From a bacterium BMS3Abin15 (GTDB lineage Bacteria; Patescibacteriota; Minisyncoccia; Moranbacterales; 2-12-FULL-40-10), in the NCBI GenBank assembly GCA_002923195.1, contig BDTH01000047.1:1-49919 (forward strand): 49,919 bases of DNA. Reading direction: 5' to 3'. The notes under the pieces were generated by a model. That model was not told the DNA's origin. It was given only the letters and a program-made list of their open reading frames with translations, and did no database searches. Positions 1-9,101 of this stretch are shown piece after piece; positions within the stretch are counted from its first letter, which is position 1; each line of letters opens with the position of its first letter. Both the position numbers and the translations under genes were made by a program.

Positions 1-2
1 TG

Positions 3-224
3 CATCGGCATTCCAGAGTCAGGCAGCCCAATGACAATTCCTATCTGGAGAGATTCAATCGAACATTGCAGGAAGAATGCTTACAGAAAGTTAAAACTAA
101 TGTGAGGATATTCAATAGAGCCTTGCCGGTTTATCTGGAATACTACAACACTGAAAGACTGCATATGGGGATTGATTTTAAAACACCAATCCAATTAATT
201 AAGTGTTTCCAAGCTATTGGTTAG
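3..224 (+). mobile_element. 3' end of IS3/IS481-type transposase (integrase core), truncated by window start
   Basis: Manual translation from nt 3: HRHSRVRQPNDNSYLERFNRTLQEECL...YLEYYNTERLHMGIDFKTP...*, matching the DDE integrase-core C-terminal motifs (ERFNRTL, YYNxxRxH, TP). Confidence 0.85.
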
Positions 225-232
225 AGAACGCC

Positions 233-304
233 CCCCGCACTAAATTTGCACAACCCCGCTAAAGCGGGATAAGTCAGCTTCGCCAGTGCAAAATTAGTGC
301 GGGG
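233..304. repeat. CCCCG-terminated palindromic element (CCCCGCACTAA subfamily)
   Basis: CCCCGCACTAAATTTGCAC ... GTGCAAAATTAGTGCGGGG with an internal hairpin CCCGCTAAAGCGGG; similar termini at 37689-37756. Confidence 0.85.
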
Positions 305-366
305 CTAGCCCCTTAATATTTGCAAAAAGGCCTTTAAACTGATAATATTTTAGCAGGTAAGTATTT

Positions 367-381
367 TCCGCCAGAGGCGGA
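367..381. repeat. TCCGCCnnnGGCGGA mini-hairpin repeat
   Basis: TCCGCCAGAGGCGGA; related copies at 18702-18732, 28313-28341 and 48857-48903. Confidence 0.7.
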
Positions 382-451
382 CGAAGTAATACATATTAAA
401 ATAAGTATTTAAATATATATTAAAGTATATATTTAAATATATACTTTTGTA

Positions 452-1651
452 ATGTCGGATATAGAGAAGAAAATTGATGAGATTTTGACGAGGGGAGTGG
501 CAGAAGTGATTGATAAGGAGAATATTAAAAAACGACTTTTAGGTGGTGAAAGGTTGAGGGTTAAGTATGGGGCTGATCCGACGCGCCCCGACCTTCATCT
601 AGGCCATTCTGTGGGAATGAGAAAGCTTAAAGTTTTGCAAGAGCTGGGGCATCATATAATTTTTATAATAGGCGACTATACTTCGCTTATCGGGGATCCT
701 TCTGAAAAATCAAAAGCCCGTCCGATGATGACAGAAGAAGAAATTGAAGTTAATGCGAAGACATATTTCGATCAGGTCGGAAAAATTCTTGACGTAAATA
801 AAGTCGAGATTAAAAAAAATAGCGAGTGGTTTTCAAAAATGACTATGGCGGACGTGATAAAGCTGGAATCCAAATTTACTATCGCAAGGACACTGGAAAG
901 GGACGATTTTGACAAAAGATTAAAAGCAGGAACTGACATAGGAAATCATGAAATTTTATACCCCATGATGCAGGCTTATGACTCGTTTATTTTAAATATC
1001 GATTTGGAAGTTGAGGGCAATGACCAAAAATTTAACTGTCATGCGGGAAGGGAGTTACAAGGGAAAATGGGCAAACCCAAGCAGGATATTTTATTAGTTC
1101 CGCTTTTGATTGGCTTGGATGGAAAAGAAAAAATGAGTAAAAGTCTGGATAACTACATCGGCATTACCGAAGAGCCAAATTCAATGTTTGGGAAAGTGAT
1201 GTCTATTCCGGACACTTCAATTGCTAATTATTTCGAACTTTGCACAGATGTTCCGATGGATGAAATTAAAGAAATGGAAATGGACATAAAAACTGAAAAA
1301 AAGAATCCTCGCGATTTGAAAATTAAATTGGCGGAAGAAATTGTAAAAATTTATCACAGGAAAAAAGAAGCTCAAAAAGCCAAAGACTATTTCGTTGACA
1401 CATTTTCCAAAAAAGAAACTCCCGAAAATATTCCGGAAGTTAAGGTTAGCAAGGACAACATTAAATTAACTGAATTTTTAGTTTTTTCGGGGAACGCGGA
1501 CAGCTTAAGCGACGCGAGGAGGAAGATTGAACAGGGAGGAGTGGAAATAAATAATAAAAAAGAAACAGATTGGCAAAGGGTTTTAAATAAAAAGGATAAC
1601 GGCAGTACCTTAAAAATAGGCAAATACGGTTTTGTTAAAATAAAGTTTTGA
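452..1651 (+). CDS. tyrS: Tyrosine--tRNA ligase
   Basis: GADPTRPDLHLGH (HIGH-like), KMSKS, C-terminal S4-like domain. Confidence 0.97.
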   Translation: MSDIEKKIDEILTRGVAEVIDKENIKKRLLGGERLRVKYGADPTRPDLHLGHSVGMRKLKVLQELGHHIIFIIGDYTSLIGDPSEKSKARPMMTEEEIEVNAKTYFDQVGKILDVNKVEIKKNSEWFSKMTMADVIKLESKFTIARTLERDDFDKRLKAGTDIGNHEILYPMMQAYDSFILNIDLEVEGNDQKFNCHAGRELQGKMGKPKQDILLVPLLIGLDGKEKMSKSLDNYIGITEEPNSMFGKVMSIPDTSIANYFELCTDVPMDEIKEMEMDIKTEKKNPRDLKIKLAEEIVKIYHRKKEAQKAKDYFVDTFSKKETPENIPEVKVSKDNIKLTEFLVFSGNADSLSDARRKIEQGGVEINNKKETDWQRVLNKKDNGSTLKIGKYGFVKIKF

Positions 1652-1670
1652 TGAACAAAGGAGATCAGCT

Positions 1671-1766
1671 ATGTTAAAAAAGATTGGGAGATACTTAATT
1701 TTCTTATGGTTGTTTGTGTTACTTGTGATGAGCTTTGCTTCAACTGTTATTTTTTACGGAAATTAA
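1671..1766 (+). CDS. 31-aa hydrophobic microprotein (not in ORF track)
   Basis: AAAGGAG SD then ATG; MLKKIGRYLIFLWLFVLLVMSFASTVIFYGN*. Confidence 0.6.
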   Translation: MLKKIGRYLIFLWLFVLLVMSFASTVIFYGN

Positions 1767-1780
1767 ATGGAGGTGTGAAA

Positions 1781-2011
1781 ATGGGATTAAGAATGGGAGA
1801 TATTGTGATACCGATGGATCCAAGAAAAAGTAAGAAGTTTCTGAAAGAGTGCGGAATACCATTTCCGGAATACACTACGCTAGACGCTTTCATAGGGAAG
1901 AGATGCATAGTAGATGCATTGCCGGCAGATGGAACGGTGGGAATAAATAATCCTAACGGAATTCATTTGTTCTGGATAAGAAGCTATTTGAGAAAAGTGA
2001 GAAGGGGATAA
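1781..2011 (+). CDS. Hypothetical protein, 76 aa (start moved to MGLRM)
   Basis: GGAGGTG SD directly upstream of ATG 1781; 3' part of ORF 1706..2011. Confidence 0.7.
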   Translation: MGLRMGDIVIPMDPRKSKKFLKECGIPFPEYTTLDAFIGKRCIVDALPADGTVGINNPNGIHLFWIRSYLRKVRRG

Positions 2012-2016
2012 TTAAC

Positions 2017-2166
2017 GTGGGAAACTTAAATAATCCAGTTGTTCTACAAACAATTTTAATTTTATTGATAGTTTTATTTGTAATGGCAGCAGTGTTTGAT
2101 ATCTCAGATAGAAGTAGAGTAATAGGAGAGCTGAAAAGAATAGTTTCGAAATTAAAATTCAGGTAA
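2017..2166 (+). CDS. 49-aa membrane microprotein (not in ORF track)
   Basis: AAGGGG SD, GTG start; MGNLNNPVVLQTILILLIVLFVMAAVFDISDRSRVIGELKRIVSKLKFR*. Confidence 0.6.
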   Translation: MGNLNNPVVLQTILILLIVLFVMAAVFDISDRSRVIGELKRIVSKLKFR

Positions 2167-2190
2167 AACACTAGCTAAAAGGAGGGGATA

Positions 2191-2412
2191 ATGAAAACAA
2201 GCATATCGGAAAAGAAAAATACGATTGCGAAATTCATGATTATTATTTCATTTGTAGTATTGTGTGTGATCTCACCTCTCTTACTGTTGCTCGCGCTGTC
2301 ACTAGTATGTCTCGCAATAGTTATTTATATTATCTACATCTTCCTATTGGCGCGTCGGTTTTTAAATAACATGGATGAAGGAAAGCTTAGCAATTATTTA
2401 GACTATAGTTGA
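2191..2412 (+). CDS. Small membrane protein, 73 aa
   Basis: AAGGAGG SD; long hydrophobic stretch. Confidence 0.7.
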   Translation: MKTSISEKKNTIAKFMIIISFVVLCVISPLLLLLALSLVCLAIVIYIIYIFLLARRFLNNMDEGKLSNYLDYS

Positions 2413-2423
2413 TAAGGAGGTGA

Positions 2424-2729
2424 TTGCACTTGTCAGGGGTAAATAAAACTAATGGCGGTGTTATTGCGCATGCTCTTCAGCGCTTAAGAAATCAGTATGG
2501 ATTTAAGGGAAGTGATAAAGAGGCGAGAAGACTTCTGGGAATTTGCCGAAAGGTTGCTGGTAACACAGATAAAATTCTGATCTCCAGCAAGTCATTGAAG
2601 GCACATGGAATTTCGGCGGAAAAACTTAAGAAACTGGGCATACCCGACGGCAAATTGTTTGCAATAATATCTAGAGGAGTAGTTATTAGCGTTATGGAGG
2701 TCGCAGAATTCAGGAAACGAAATAAATAG
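2424..2729 (+). CDS. Hypothetical basic protein, 101 aa (TTG start)
   Basis: TAAGGAGGTGA SD upstream of TTG. Confidence 0.7.
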   Translation: MHLSGVNKTNGGVIAHALQRLRNQYGFKGSDKEARRLLGICRKVAGNTDKILISSKSLKAHGISAEKLKKLGIPDGKLFAIISRGVVISVMEVAEFRKRNK

Positions 2730-2745
2730 TGAAAGGAGGTGATTT

Positions 2746-2889
2746 ATGCCGGACTGGAGAATAATCACCGCGTGCTTGTTAATAGCGGGTATAGCAGTTT
2801 ATCCGTTTCGGTCGGTAATTAAGGGCAAAATAGACAGCCTGAGCTATACATTAAAAAATCTCCGAAATTGGCGGAGATTGGGACTCTAA
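2746..2889 (+). CDS. 47-aa membrane microprotein (not in ORF track)
   Basis: AAAGGAGGTGA SD; MPDWRIITACLLIAGIAVYPFRSVIKGKIDSLSYTLKNLRNWRRLGL*. Confidence 0.6.
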   Translation: MPDWRIITACLLIAGIAVYPFRSVIKGKIDSLSYTLKNLRNWRRLGL

Positions 2890-2928
2890 CAGCCAAAGGT
2901 AATTATAAAAAATAACATAGTACCTTCG

Positions 2929-2955
2929 GGGGACAGAAATGTCCCCTTTTTATTT
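2929..2955 (+). terminator. Rho-independent terminator of the microprotein operon
   Basis: GGGGAC-AGAAAT-GTCCCC followed by a T tract. Confidence 0.75.
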
Positions 2956-3003
2956 TCTAAATTTATTGAAAAAAATCTTAAAATGTGAGAGAATAAAGTA
3001 ATA

Positions 3004-4152
3004 ATGAAAATCTTATTTTTTAACTACGAGTATCCACCATTGGGCGGAGGCGCGGCTAACGCGACCTCCTATATTTTGCGCGAATTTTCTAAAATTCCAG
3101 ATTTGGAAGTCGATTTAGTTGCCTCATCCATTGACAGCGAATATCATTTAGAAGAAATAGGAAACACCATTAAAATTCATCGTCTGCCTATTGGAAAAAA
3201 TGAGAAAAATATTCACTTTCAGTCACAAAAAGATTTACTGGTTTATGCTTGGAGGGCCTATTGGTTTTCGCGAAAGCTAGCTAAGGAGAATAATTATAAT
3301 TTGAGTCATTCATTTTTTACCGTGCCCTGTGGATTCTTATCCCTGATGTTAAAAAGAAAATTCAAGATACCATACATAGTGTCATTGCGCGGATCGGACG
3401 TTCCTGGCTACAGCGAACGATTTACTTTTTTATATAAAATTATCTCTCCCCTTGTGAAATCAATTTGGAAAAATGCTTCGCGGGTGGTTTCTAATAGCGA
3501 GGGGTTGAAAAACTTAGCTCTAAAAACCAATCCCAATCAGGAGATCGGAATTATTTACAACGGGGTTAGCACCGAAGAGTTTAAACCATCTGAAAAAGAA
3601 CAGAGCAATGGCTTTAAGATTATTTGTGTTTCTCGCATAACCGCTCGCAAAGGAATAAATTATTTAATTGAAGCGATTGATCAATTGGTTAAGAAAAATT
3701 ATAATGTTGAATTGGATATAGTGGGGGAGGGAAATGACAAGAAAAAACTCGAAAGTGTGGTTGAGAAAATGGGACTGGAAGAGCAAGTGAAATTTTTAGG
3801 CATTATTCCGCACGAGGAATTGCCAGCCATTTATAGCCAAGCGGACATCTTTGTTTTGCCTTCACTTAATGAGGGAATGAGCAATACGATGCTGGAGGCT
3901 CTAGCCAGCGGGCTTCCAATTATTGCAACTGATACGGGAGGCACCAGGGAACTTTTAAGTGGCGGAGATAACGGATTTATTGTTAAAATGAAAGACAGCG
4001 AAGATTTAATAGTAAAGATAGGCAGAATTCTGAGAGATAGTGATCTTCAAAAAAGAATGTCACAGAGAAGCCGTGAGGTAGCGGAAAGTATGAGCTGGGG
4101 GAAAGTAGCGAATAAATATTACGATTCCTATAAGTCAGTCACTAATGACTAA
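3004..4152 (+). CDS. Glycosyltransferase family 4 (GT-B)
   Basis: N-terminal YEYPPLGGG; C-terminal FVLPSLNEGMSNTMLEALASGLPII (EX7E). Confidence 0.92.
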   Translation: MKILFFNYEYPPLGGGAANATSYILREFSKIPDLEVDLVASSIDSEYHLEEIGNTIKIHRLPIGKNEKNIHFQSQKDLLVYAWRAYWFSRKLAKENNYNLSHSFFTVPCGFLSLMLKRKFKIPYIVSLRGSDVPGYSERFTFLYKIISPLVKSIWKNASRVVSNSEGLKNLALKTNPNQEIGIIYNGVSTEEFKPSEKEQSNGFKIICVSRITARKGINYLIEAIDQLVKKNYNVELDIVGEGNDKKKLESVVEKMGLEEQVKFLGIIPHEELPAIYSQADIFVLPSLNEGMSNTMLEALASGLPIIATDTGGTRELLSGGDNGFIVKMKDSEDLIVKIGRILRDSDLQKRMSQRSREVAESMSWGKVANKYYDSYKSVTND

Positions 4153-5071
4153 AAAAACTCTAAAATTTTTATTGAAATTTGCCGTCAGTGTCGGGTTTGT
4201 GGCCTGGATTGTTTTTACAGTTAATTGGCACGAAGTTTGGACTTTTTTGAAAAAAGTAGAACTTTGGCAAGTGGGAATTTACGTCTTGCTTTATATGGCT
4301 GGGATTTTCATTTCTTCTTATAAATGGAAGTTTCTGGCCAACATTAAGGGCTTTAATCTTCCCCCAGGGGGATTCTTTAAGTTGTATTTTACCGGAACTT
4401 TTATAAATAATTTCATGCCTTCTTTTATAGGAGGAGACGCTTTTAAGGCATATCAAATTGGAAAAGAAGGAAAAAAATATCCCCGAGCATTATCGACCAT
4501 AGTTATTGATAGAGCTACGGGATTTTGGGGGGCAATGATACTAACTTTATTTTTCGCCGTATTGAATTTTAATGCGATTTTTACAAATCCTATATTAGCA
4601 AGCATTAATCTAGCGATTCTGGTTGTCTTAATCATATCCCTTATTGCTTTCAGATTTAAGAAAGCATTGTTCAGAAGTAGGTTTTCAAAATATCTTCCTG
4701 GCAGAATATTGGATTTTTATAAAGAATTTGGCGAGTATGGCAATAATTCAGGAATTATTACTAAATCTATAGGTTATTCCTTTTTATTCAGTTTAATCGG
4801 GATTGCTGCGGCCAATTATGCTCTTTTTTTAGCACTAGGCATTAAAATAGGCGTTCTTAATTATTTGTCGGTGGTTTTTCTTATTAGTATAATTTCCTCG
4901 ATTCCAGTCAGCATAAATAATATTGGTATTAAGGAGTGGGCTTATATAACTTTTTTCGGACTGTTCGGGGCAGGCTCTTCTGCAGTTGTAACGGTCGCAA
5001 TACTAAGCCGACTCCTTCAGATGCTTATTAGTTTCTTTGCTTTACCTATTTATTTGCGGAGTAAAAAATAA
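4145..5071 (+). CDS. Lysylphosphatidylglycerol-synthase TM-like / UPF0104 flippase-like membrane protein
   Basis: FINNFMPSFIGGDAFK, IDRATG and PVSINNIGIKE motifs; multi-pass. Confidence 0.85.
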   Translation: MTKKTLKFLLKFAVSVGFVAWIVFTVNWHEVWTFLKKVELWQVGIYVLLYMAGIFISSYKWKFLANIKGFNLPPGGFFKLYFTGTFINNFMPSFIGGDAFKAYQIGKEGKKYPRALSTIVIDRATGFWGAMILTLFFAVLNFNAIFTNPILASINLAILVVLIISLIAFRFKKALFRSRFSKYLPGRILDFYKEFGEYGNNSGIITKSIGYSFLFSLIGIAAANYALFLALGIKIGVLNYLSVVFLISIISSIPVSINNIGIKEWAYITFFGLFGAGSSAVVTVAILSRLLQMLISFFALPIYLRSKK

Positions 5072-5078
5072 ATAGTAT

Positions 5079-7019
5079 TTAATTGTCGACTTTCTTAAAC
5101 ACTTTTACGAAATTTCCCGGCCGATCGCCTATCTCAAGTTTCCATTCCGGCTCGGTTATTCCATCATAATATTTGTAAGCATCGATGAATCTTTCGCTGG
5201 TTCTATAACTTTTGTATTGGTAATAATATCTTATTTCTCCCCGGCGGGTCAGCACATAATAGTCGACGGGATATTGGTCCAGTTCAAAGCGGTATTTAGT
5301 GATGCATTTTCCCTTAAAAAATTCGCAGAATCCGTGGTAGTCCGTCCAGACCGTAAGATTTTCCGCATCGGGGAGTGAATTCAGATATTGCGCCGCCTCA
5401 TAGCCTCCGTAACCCCAGGCGCCAGTAATGAGATATTTTTTAGGAAGCAGGCTGTTGGTGTAATTAAAATAAAAAGGACTACACAACCAAAGACTAACTG
5501 TGCTTATAAGCATAACAACCGGAATCACTACTCGCCATCTTATCTTTTTGCGTAGCTTCGGCATTGATAAAAAGTCATAAATGCCAATGGCCGCCAGGAT
5601 CATAACTAAAGGATAAAGCATAATACTATATCTTACTGTAGCCAATAGGCCACTTTTTATCATAGCTGCTTGAAAGATGACTATAAACAAAGACAATGAA
5701 AAAATAACGAGTTCGTGCTTTGTCGGCTTAAAAACCGACTTAATCCAGATGTATAAAATTGAAATTAAAACAAGCGGTGTCAGAGAAAATATGAGTGGCT
5801 TATGTTCTAAGATTAACTTTTGATAAACAGGAAGAATATTAAAACTGGTAGCATCGCGTTTATCGAATTCAATATGTTCAAGATTGACTATGCTATTTCC
5901 ACTTATCCAGTTAGCCAAAACGAATAGGGTTAATATGATAAGAAGAGTATAAATAATACGAGGTAGAATATTTTTTAGAAATTTTAGCTTTTTTAACAAG
6001 AAGCTAATTATTTGACTGTTAAAATATAAGCTGTCCACTATTAAAAGAATGTTCAGGACAACTACTATCCAAAAAATATATCCCAATCCCTCATAACCTA
6101 TGGTGCCTTTCCAAAGGTGCTTGGATTTTATAAAAACGGCCGGCATCAAAAAGGAAAATACTGCCAGGGATCCGGCCACAATCGCAAAATATGCAACGGA
6201 AAGTTCCAGAATTTTCTTCTTTGATTTTTCAGTGTTCCCAATTTGATCGGACAGGGTGAGTAAAAAATAAAAAAGAATTACTAAAAACAAAAACGGGAAA
6301 AGTATTGCGGCAACATATTTTGTAAGAAGTGCCAGCCCCAAAAAAATAGAGGAAAGAATGGCAAACTTCCTTTTACCCCCACACCAATGTTGCTTATTCT
6401 TGTCGTGTAATTGTTCAGATATATTAATGTCGTTATTTTTTTCGTATTGGTGTGGGGGTGTACTTGTTTTAATGAAAGCTAGGAAAGCGAAAATTGACGC
6501 GGTAGAAAATCCCCACAAAAGAGAATCCGGGTTCACTATCTGCGATATCCCTAAAAGGATAGGGGATAAAAGCATTAAAACAGAGGACAGAAGGGCTATC
6601 CAGTCGTTTTCAGTCACTTTTTTGATTAGCCAAAATAGTACGAGAACGAAAAATCCATTAAAAATCAAAATAGGCAGGCGGAAAGTTAGGTTTAACTTCT
6701 CAGTTCGTTCTGAGTGATAAGCGCTTAATGTCGTATCATCTTTGATCATATGGTCGCGCGGCGTCTTGTCCCAGAGGAGTCCGATTCCGGAAACGTAAGC
6801 CAGTGTTATTCCTGGCTTATCATTTATTCTTGTTTTTTTCCATTTTCGATTAGATATTGCTTCCCAATATTGGGGAACCCTGTCATAGACCCAATAATGT
6901 TCATCAGAGGTTATAAATTTTGTCAGATGGTTAAATCCAAAAATAAAATAAATAATAACAGATACGGCCAGTAAAAATTTAATATAAAAATTATTTTTCC
7001 CTTTTTTTGTTTTTTCCAT
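5079..7019 (-). CDS. GT-C (PMT/ArnT-like) membrane glycosyltransferase with in-frame palindromic insertion
   Basis: Luminal DE motif (TSDEHYW), NPDSLLW, LALLTKY, many TM segments; paralog of the next gene. Confidence 0.8.
   Translation of the reverse strand: MEKTKKGKNNFYIKFLLAVSVIIYFIFGFNHLTKFITSDEHYWVYDRVPQYWEAISNRKWKKTRINDKPGITLAYVSGIGLLWDKTPRDHMIKDDTTLSAYHSERTEKLNLTFRLPILIFNGFFVLVLFWLIKKVTENDWIALLSSVLMLLSPILLGISQIVNPDSLLWGFSTASIFAFLAFIKTSTPPHQYEKNNDINISEQLHDKNKQHWCGGKRKFAILSSIFLGLALLTKYVAAILFPFLFLVILFYFLLTLSDQIGNTEKSKKKILELSVAYFAIVAGSLAVFSFLMPAVFIKSKHLWKGTIGYEGLGYIFWIVVVLNILLIVDSLYFNSQIISFLLKKLKFLKNILPRIIYTLLIILTLFVLANWISGNSIVNLEHIEFDKRDATSFNILPVYQKLILEHKPLIFSLTPLVLISILYIWIKSVFKPTKHELVIFSLSLFIVIFQAAMIKSGLLATVRYSIMLYPLVMILAAIGIYDFLSMPKLRKKIRWRVVIPVVMLISTVSLWLCSPFYFNYTNSLLPKKYLITGAWGYGGYEAAQYLNSLPDAENLTVWTDYHGFCEFFKGKCITKYRFELDQYPVDYYVLTRRGEIRYYYQYKSYRTSERFIDAYKYYDGITEPEWKLEIGDRPGNFVKVFKKVDN
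6376..6458. mobile_element. In-frame MITE-like element (CCCCCACACCAA termini) inside GT-C gene
   Basis: ACCCCCACACCAAT (6375-6388) and ATTGGTGTGGGGGT (6446-6459); flanks TTTA/TGTA; encodes PPHQ...HWCGG, absent from the adjacent paralog. Confidence 0.8.
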
Positions 7020-8916
7020 TTTTTACTTTATTGGGTTTATTGCTGTAGGAAACGTCAATCTTATCTGACTTAATTACTTTGACAAAGTTACTTTCTCTTC
7101 CTCCCAAATTTATCTGGAGGTCCGGATTTTCAAATGTATAAAGTTTATCAAATCGAATTAGATAATCAGGCTTCATTGCCATTTTAGATAAGACTTGGCG
7201 GGTATTCTGGGCGCGTTTCCCGGTTGTCGCGATGAAATAGTCGAAATTATTTTCTCCGCTGGTGATGTAGCGCTTGTAATCCAGAGTACTGGTACAGTGG
7301 CCTCTAAAGAAATAACACACTCCTCGCTTGTCAGTCCAGACGTAAAGGTTTTCGGCGCCCTCCAGGATATTAAGGTATTCCGCCGCTTCATAATTTCCAT
7401 CGCCCATGTCTTTCAGATTTAGAACGTATTGTGGAGGCAATAGATTACTGGCATAACTGAAATAAAAAGGCTTAATTTTATAGAGAGTGGTTATAAGCGT
7501 TAAAGATATTAAAATTAATAAAGTATAAATAATCAGGTTGTCTTTTTTATATTTTTTTATTAAAAAAGAAATTACAAAAGAAATTCCAGTAGCGGCAATA
7601 ATAAAATAAAGTGGGAAGAGGGCAATTTGATAGCGCACGGTTGTAGCCACGTCATTTACGGTTGATCCCAAATAGTAAAGCATGATAAAAATTATAAAAC
7701 AAAAAACAACCTGGTTACTTATTTTAGAAAAAGCATCTTTTTTAAAAATGTAGAAAGCGGCTATTAAGATAGCAATAACAACAACTATTGAGATGCCGAA
7801 TGTTGAAGAGTAAAAACCAGAAAGAAATACGGCCAAGAAACCATTTGAATTGTAGGCCGACTTAGGAGATGCAACTATGGACTCGAAATTAAACCAAGGC
7901 ATTTTGGCGTACACATTAACAATAGTGATTACAATGCTAGCGATAAATAACGAGGCAATCGCAATGCCGATAATTCTCCTGGCTTTCACCAACAGCGACA
8001 ATAGTCTTTCAAATATTTTACTTTTTAAGATAAGTAAATCGGCAACTAGCAGGACTATTAGACCCACGAAATATTGCCAGGTGCTTTCAAAGGCCTCACT
8101 CAATAAAGTTGCATCCAGCAATTTTTCCGGCTTAACCCAGACAGCTGGAAATAAAATAGTGAAAGTTACCAAGGCAATGATTACTATTTTTCCCAAATCC
8201 AATAAAGATCTTTTGACATATTGAGAAGCATCGCCTATTTTTTTGTTGTTTAAAAAGTAATCAAGAAATATCAAGCCAAGAAAAAATATAATCAAAATAT
8301 TAGAAACATATTTTGTAAGAAGTGATAGTCCTAGTAATATTCCAGTAGAATAAATGTAGCGTTTATCCTTACTTTTTATATAATTAAAATAACTTAAAAT
8401 TGTGAGTGGCATAAATATCCATAGCAGTGAGTCGGGATTGATGATGCGGGAAATTCCCAAAAGAATAGGGGAGAGCCCGATGAACAGAACAGAAAACATA
8501 GCCGTGAGGTTGCCAAGAAGGCGGCTGATAAAAAAATAAAAAACCGGTAGCATTAAGACGGTAAATATAAATAGAGGAAGGCGGAGGGCGAGAAACAGAT
8601 TTTCAATGTTTTTTTGCGGATTATAATGTCTGCTTTTAGTGTCATACTCTTCAGGATTTTCTTTAAGTAGACCGACTCCGGATACCAGAGCTGTGGTTAT
8701 TCCTGGCTTATCGCTGATTCTTGTGCCCTTAGGATCAAGTTCCTTTATATTTTTCCAATATTTTGGAATGCGATCAAGAGTCCATAGGGGCTCATCTACC
8801 GGGGCCTGTCTAGAGAGATTATATATTCCGAAACCGAAGTTTATAATCATTACCAAAACAACTACCGCTAGTGGTAGTATTTTTTTAAACTCAAAATTGT
8901 TTTTTATAGAACTCAT
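6991..8916 (-). CDS. GT-C (PMT/ArnT-like) membrane glycosyltransferase (start moved to MSSIK)
   Basis: PVDEPLW, RISDKPGIT, INPDSLLW, LSLLTKY; the ORF-track extension to 9006 reads through a palindromic repeat. Confidence 0.8.
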   Translation of the reverse strand: MSSIKNNFEFKKILPLAVVVLVMIINFGFGIYNLSRQAPVDEPLWTLDRIPKYWKNIKELDPKGTRISDKPGITTALVSGVGLLKENPEEYDTKSRHYNPQKNIENLFLALRLPLFIFTVLMLPVFYFFISRLLGNLTAMFSVLFIGLSPILLGISRIINPDSLLWIFMPLTILSYFNYIKSKDKRYIYSTGILLGLSLLTKYVSNILIIFFLGLIFLDYFLNNKKIGDASQYVKRSLLDLGKIVIIALVTFTILFPAVWVKPEKLLDATLLSEAFESTWQYFVGLIVLLVADLLILKSKIFERLLSLLVKARRIIGIAIASLFIASIVITIVNVYAKMPWFNFESIVASPKSAYNSNGFLAVFLSGFYSSTFGISIVVVIAILIAAFYIFKKDAFSKISNQVVFCFIIFIMLYYLGSTVNDVATTVRYQIALFPLYFIIAATGISFVISFLIKKYKKDNLIIYTLLILISLTLITTLYKIKPFYFSYASNLLPPQYVLNLKDMGDGNYEAAEYLNILEGAENLYVWTDKRGVCYFFRGHCTSTLDYKRYITSGENNFDYFIATTGKRAQNTRQVLSKMAMKPDYLIRFDKLYTFENPDLQINLGGRESNFVKVIKSDKIDVSYSNKPNKVKNGKNKKREK

Positions 8917-8966
8917 CGTATTGCTACGGTTTTTTAAGTTATAAAAAATGATTAATAAATTATGCG

Positions 8967-9015
8967 ACCCCCACTCTTTCTCCCCCTTACTAAGAAGGAG
9001 AAGCAAATAGGGGGT
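8967..9015. repeat. CCCCC/GGGGG-bounded imperfect palindrome with internal CTCCCCCTT-ACT-AAGAAGGAG hairpin
   Basis: Related to the repeat at 21063-21158; lies between divergent genes. Confidence 0.55.
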
Positions 9016-9101
9016 TAGGTTGCTTAATGCCGGTAAATATAATAAAATTAGGATTGTTACGCTATTCTACTGAATTGTAGCATAATAAGTTAAAAAATAA
9101 A

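Noticed and set aside
8917-9006. N-terminal extension of the ORF-track protein 6991..9006
   Set aside because: It reads through an intergenic palindromic repeat; the paralog length and hydrophobic N-terminus favour the start at 8916.
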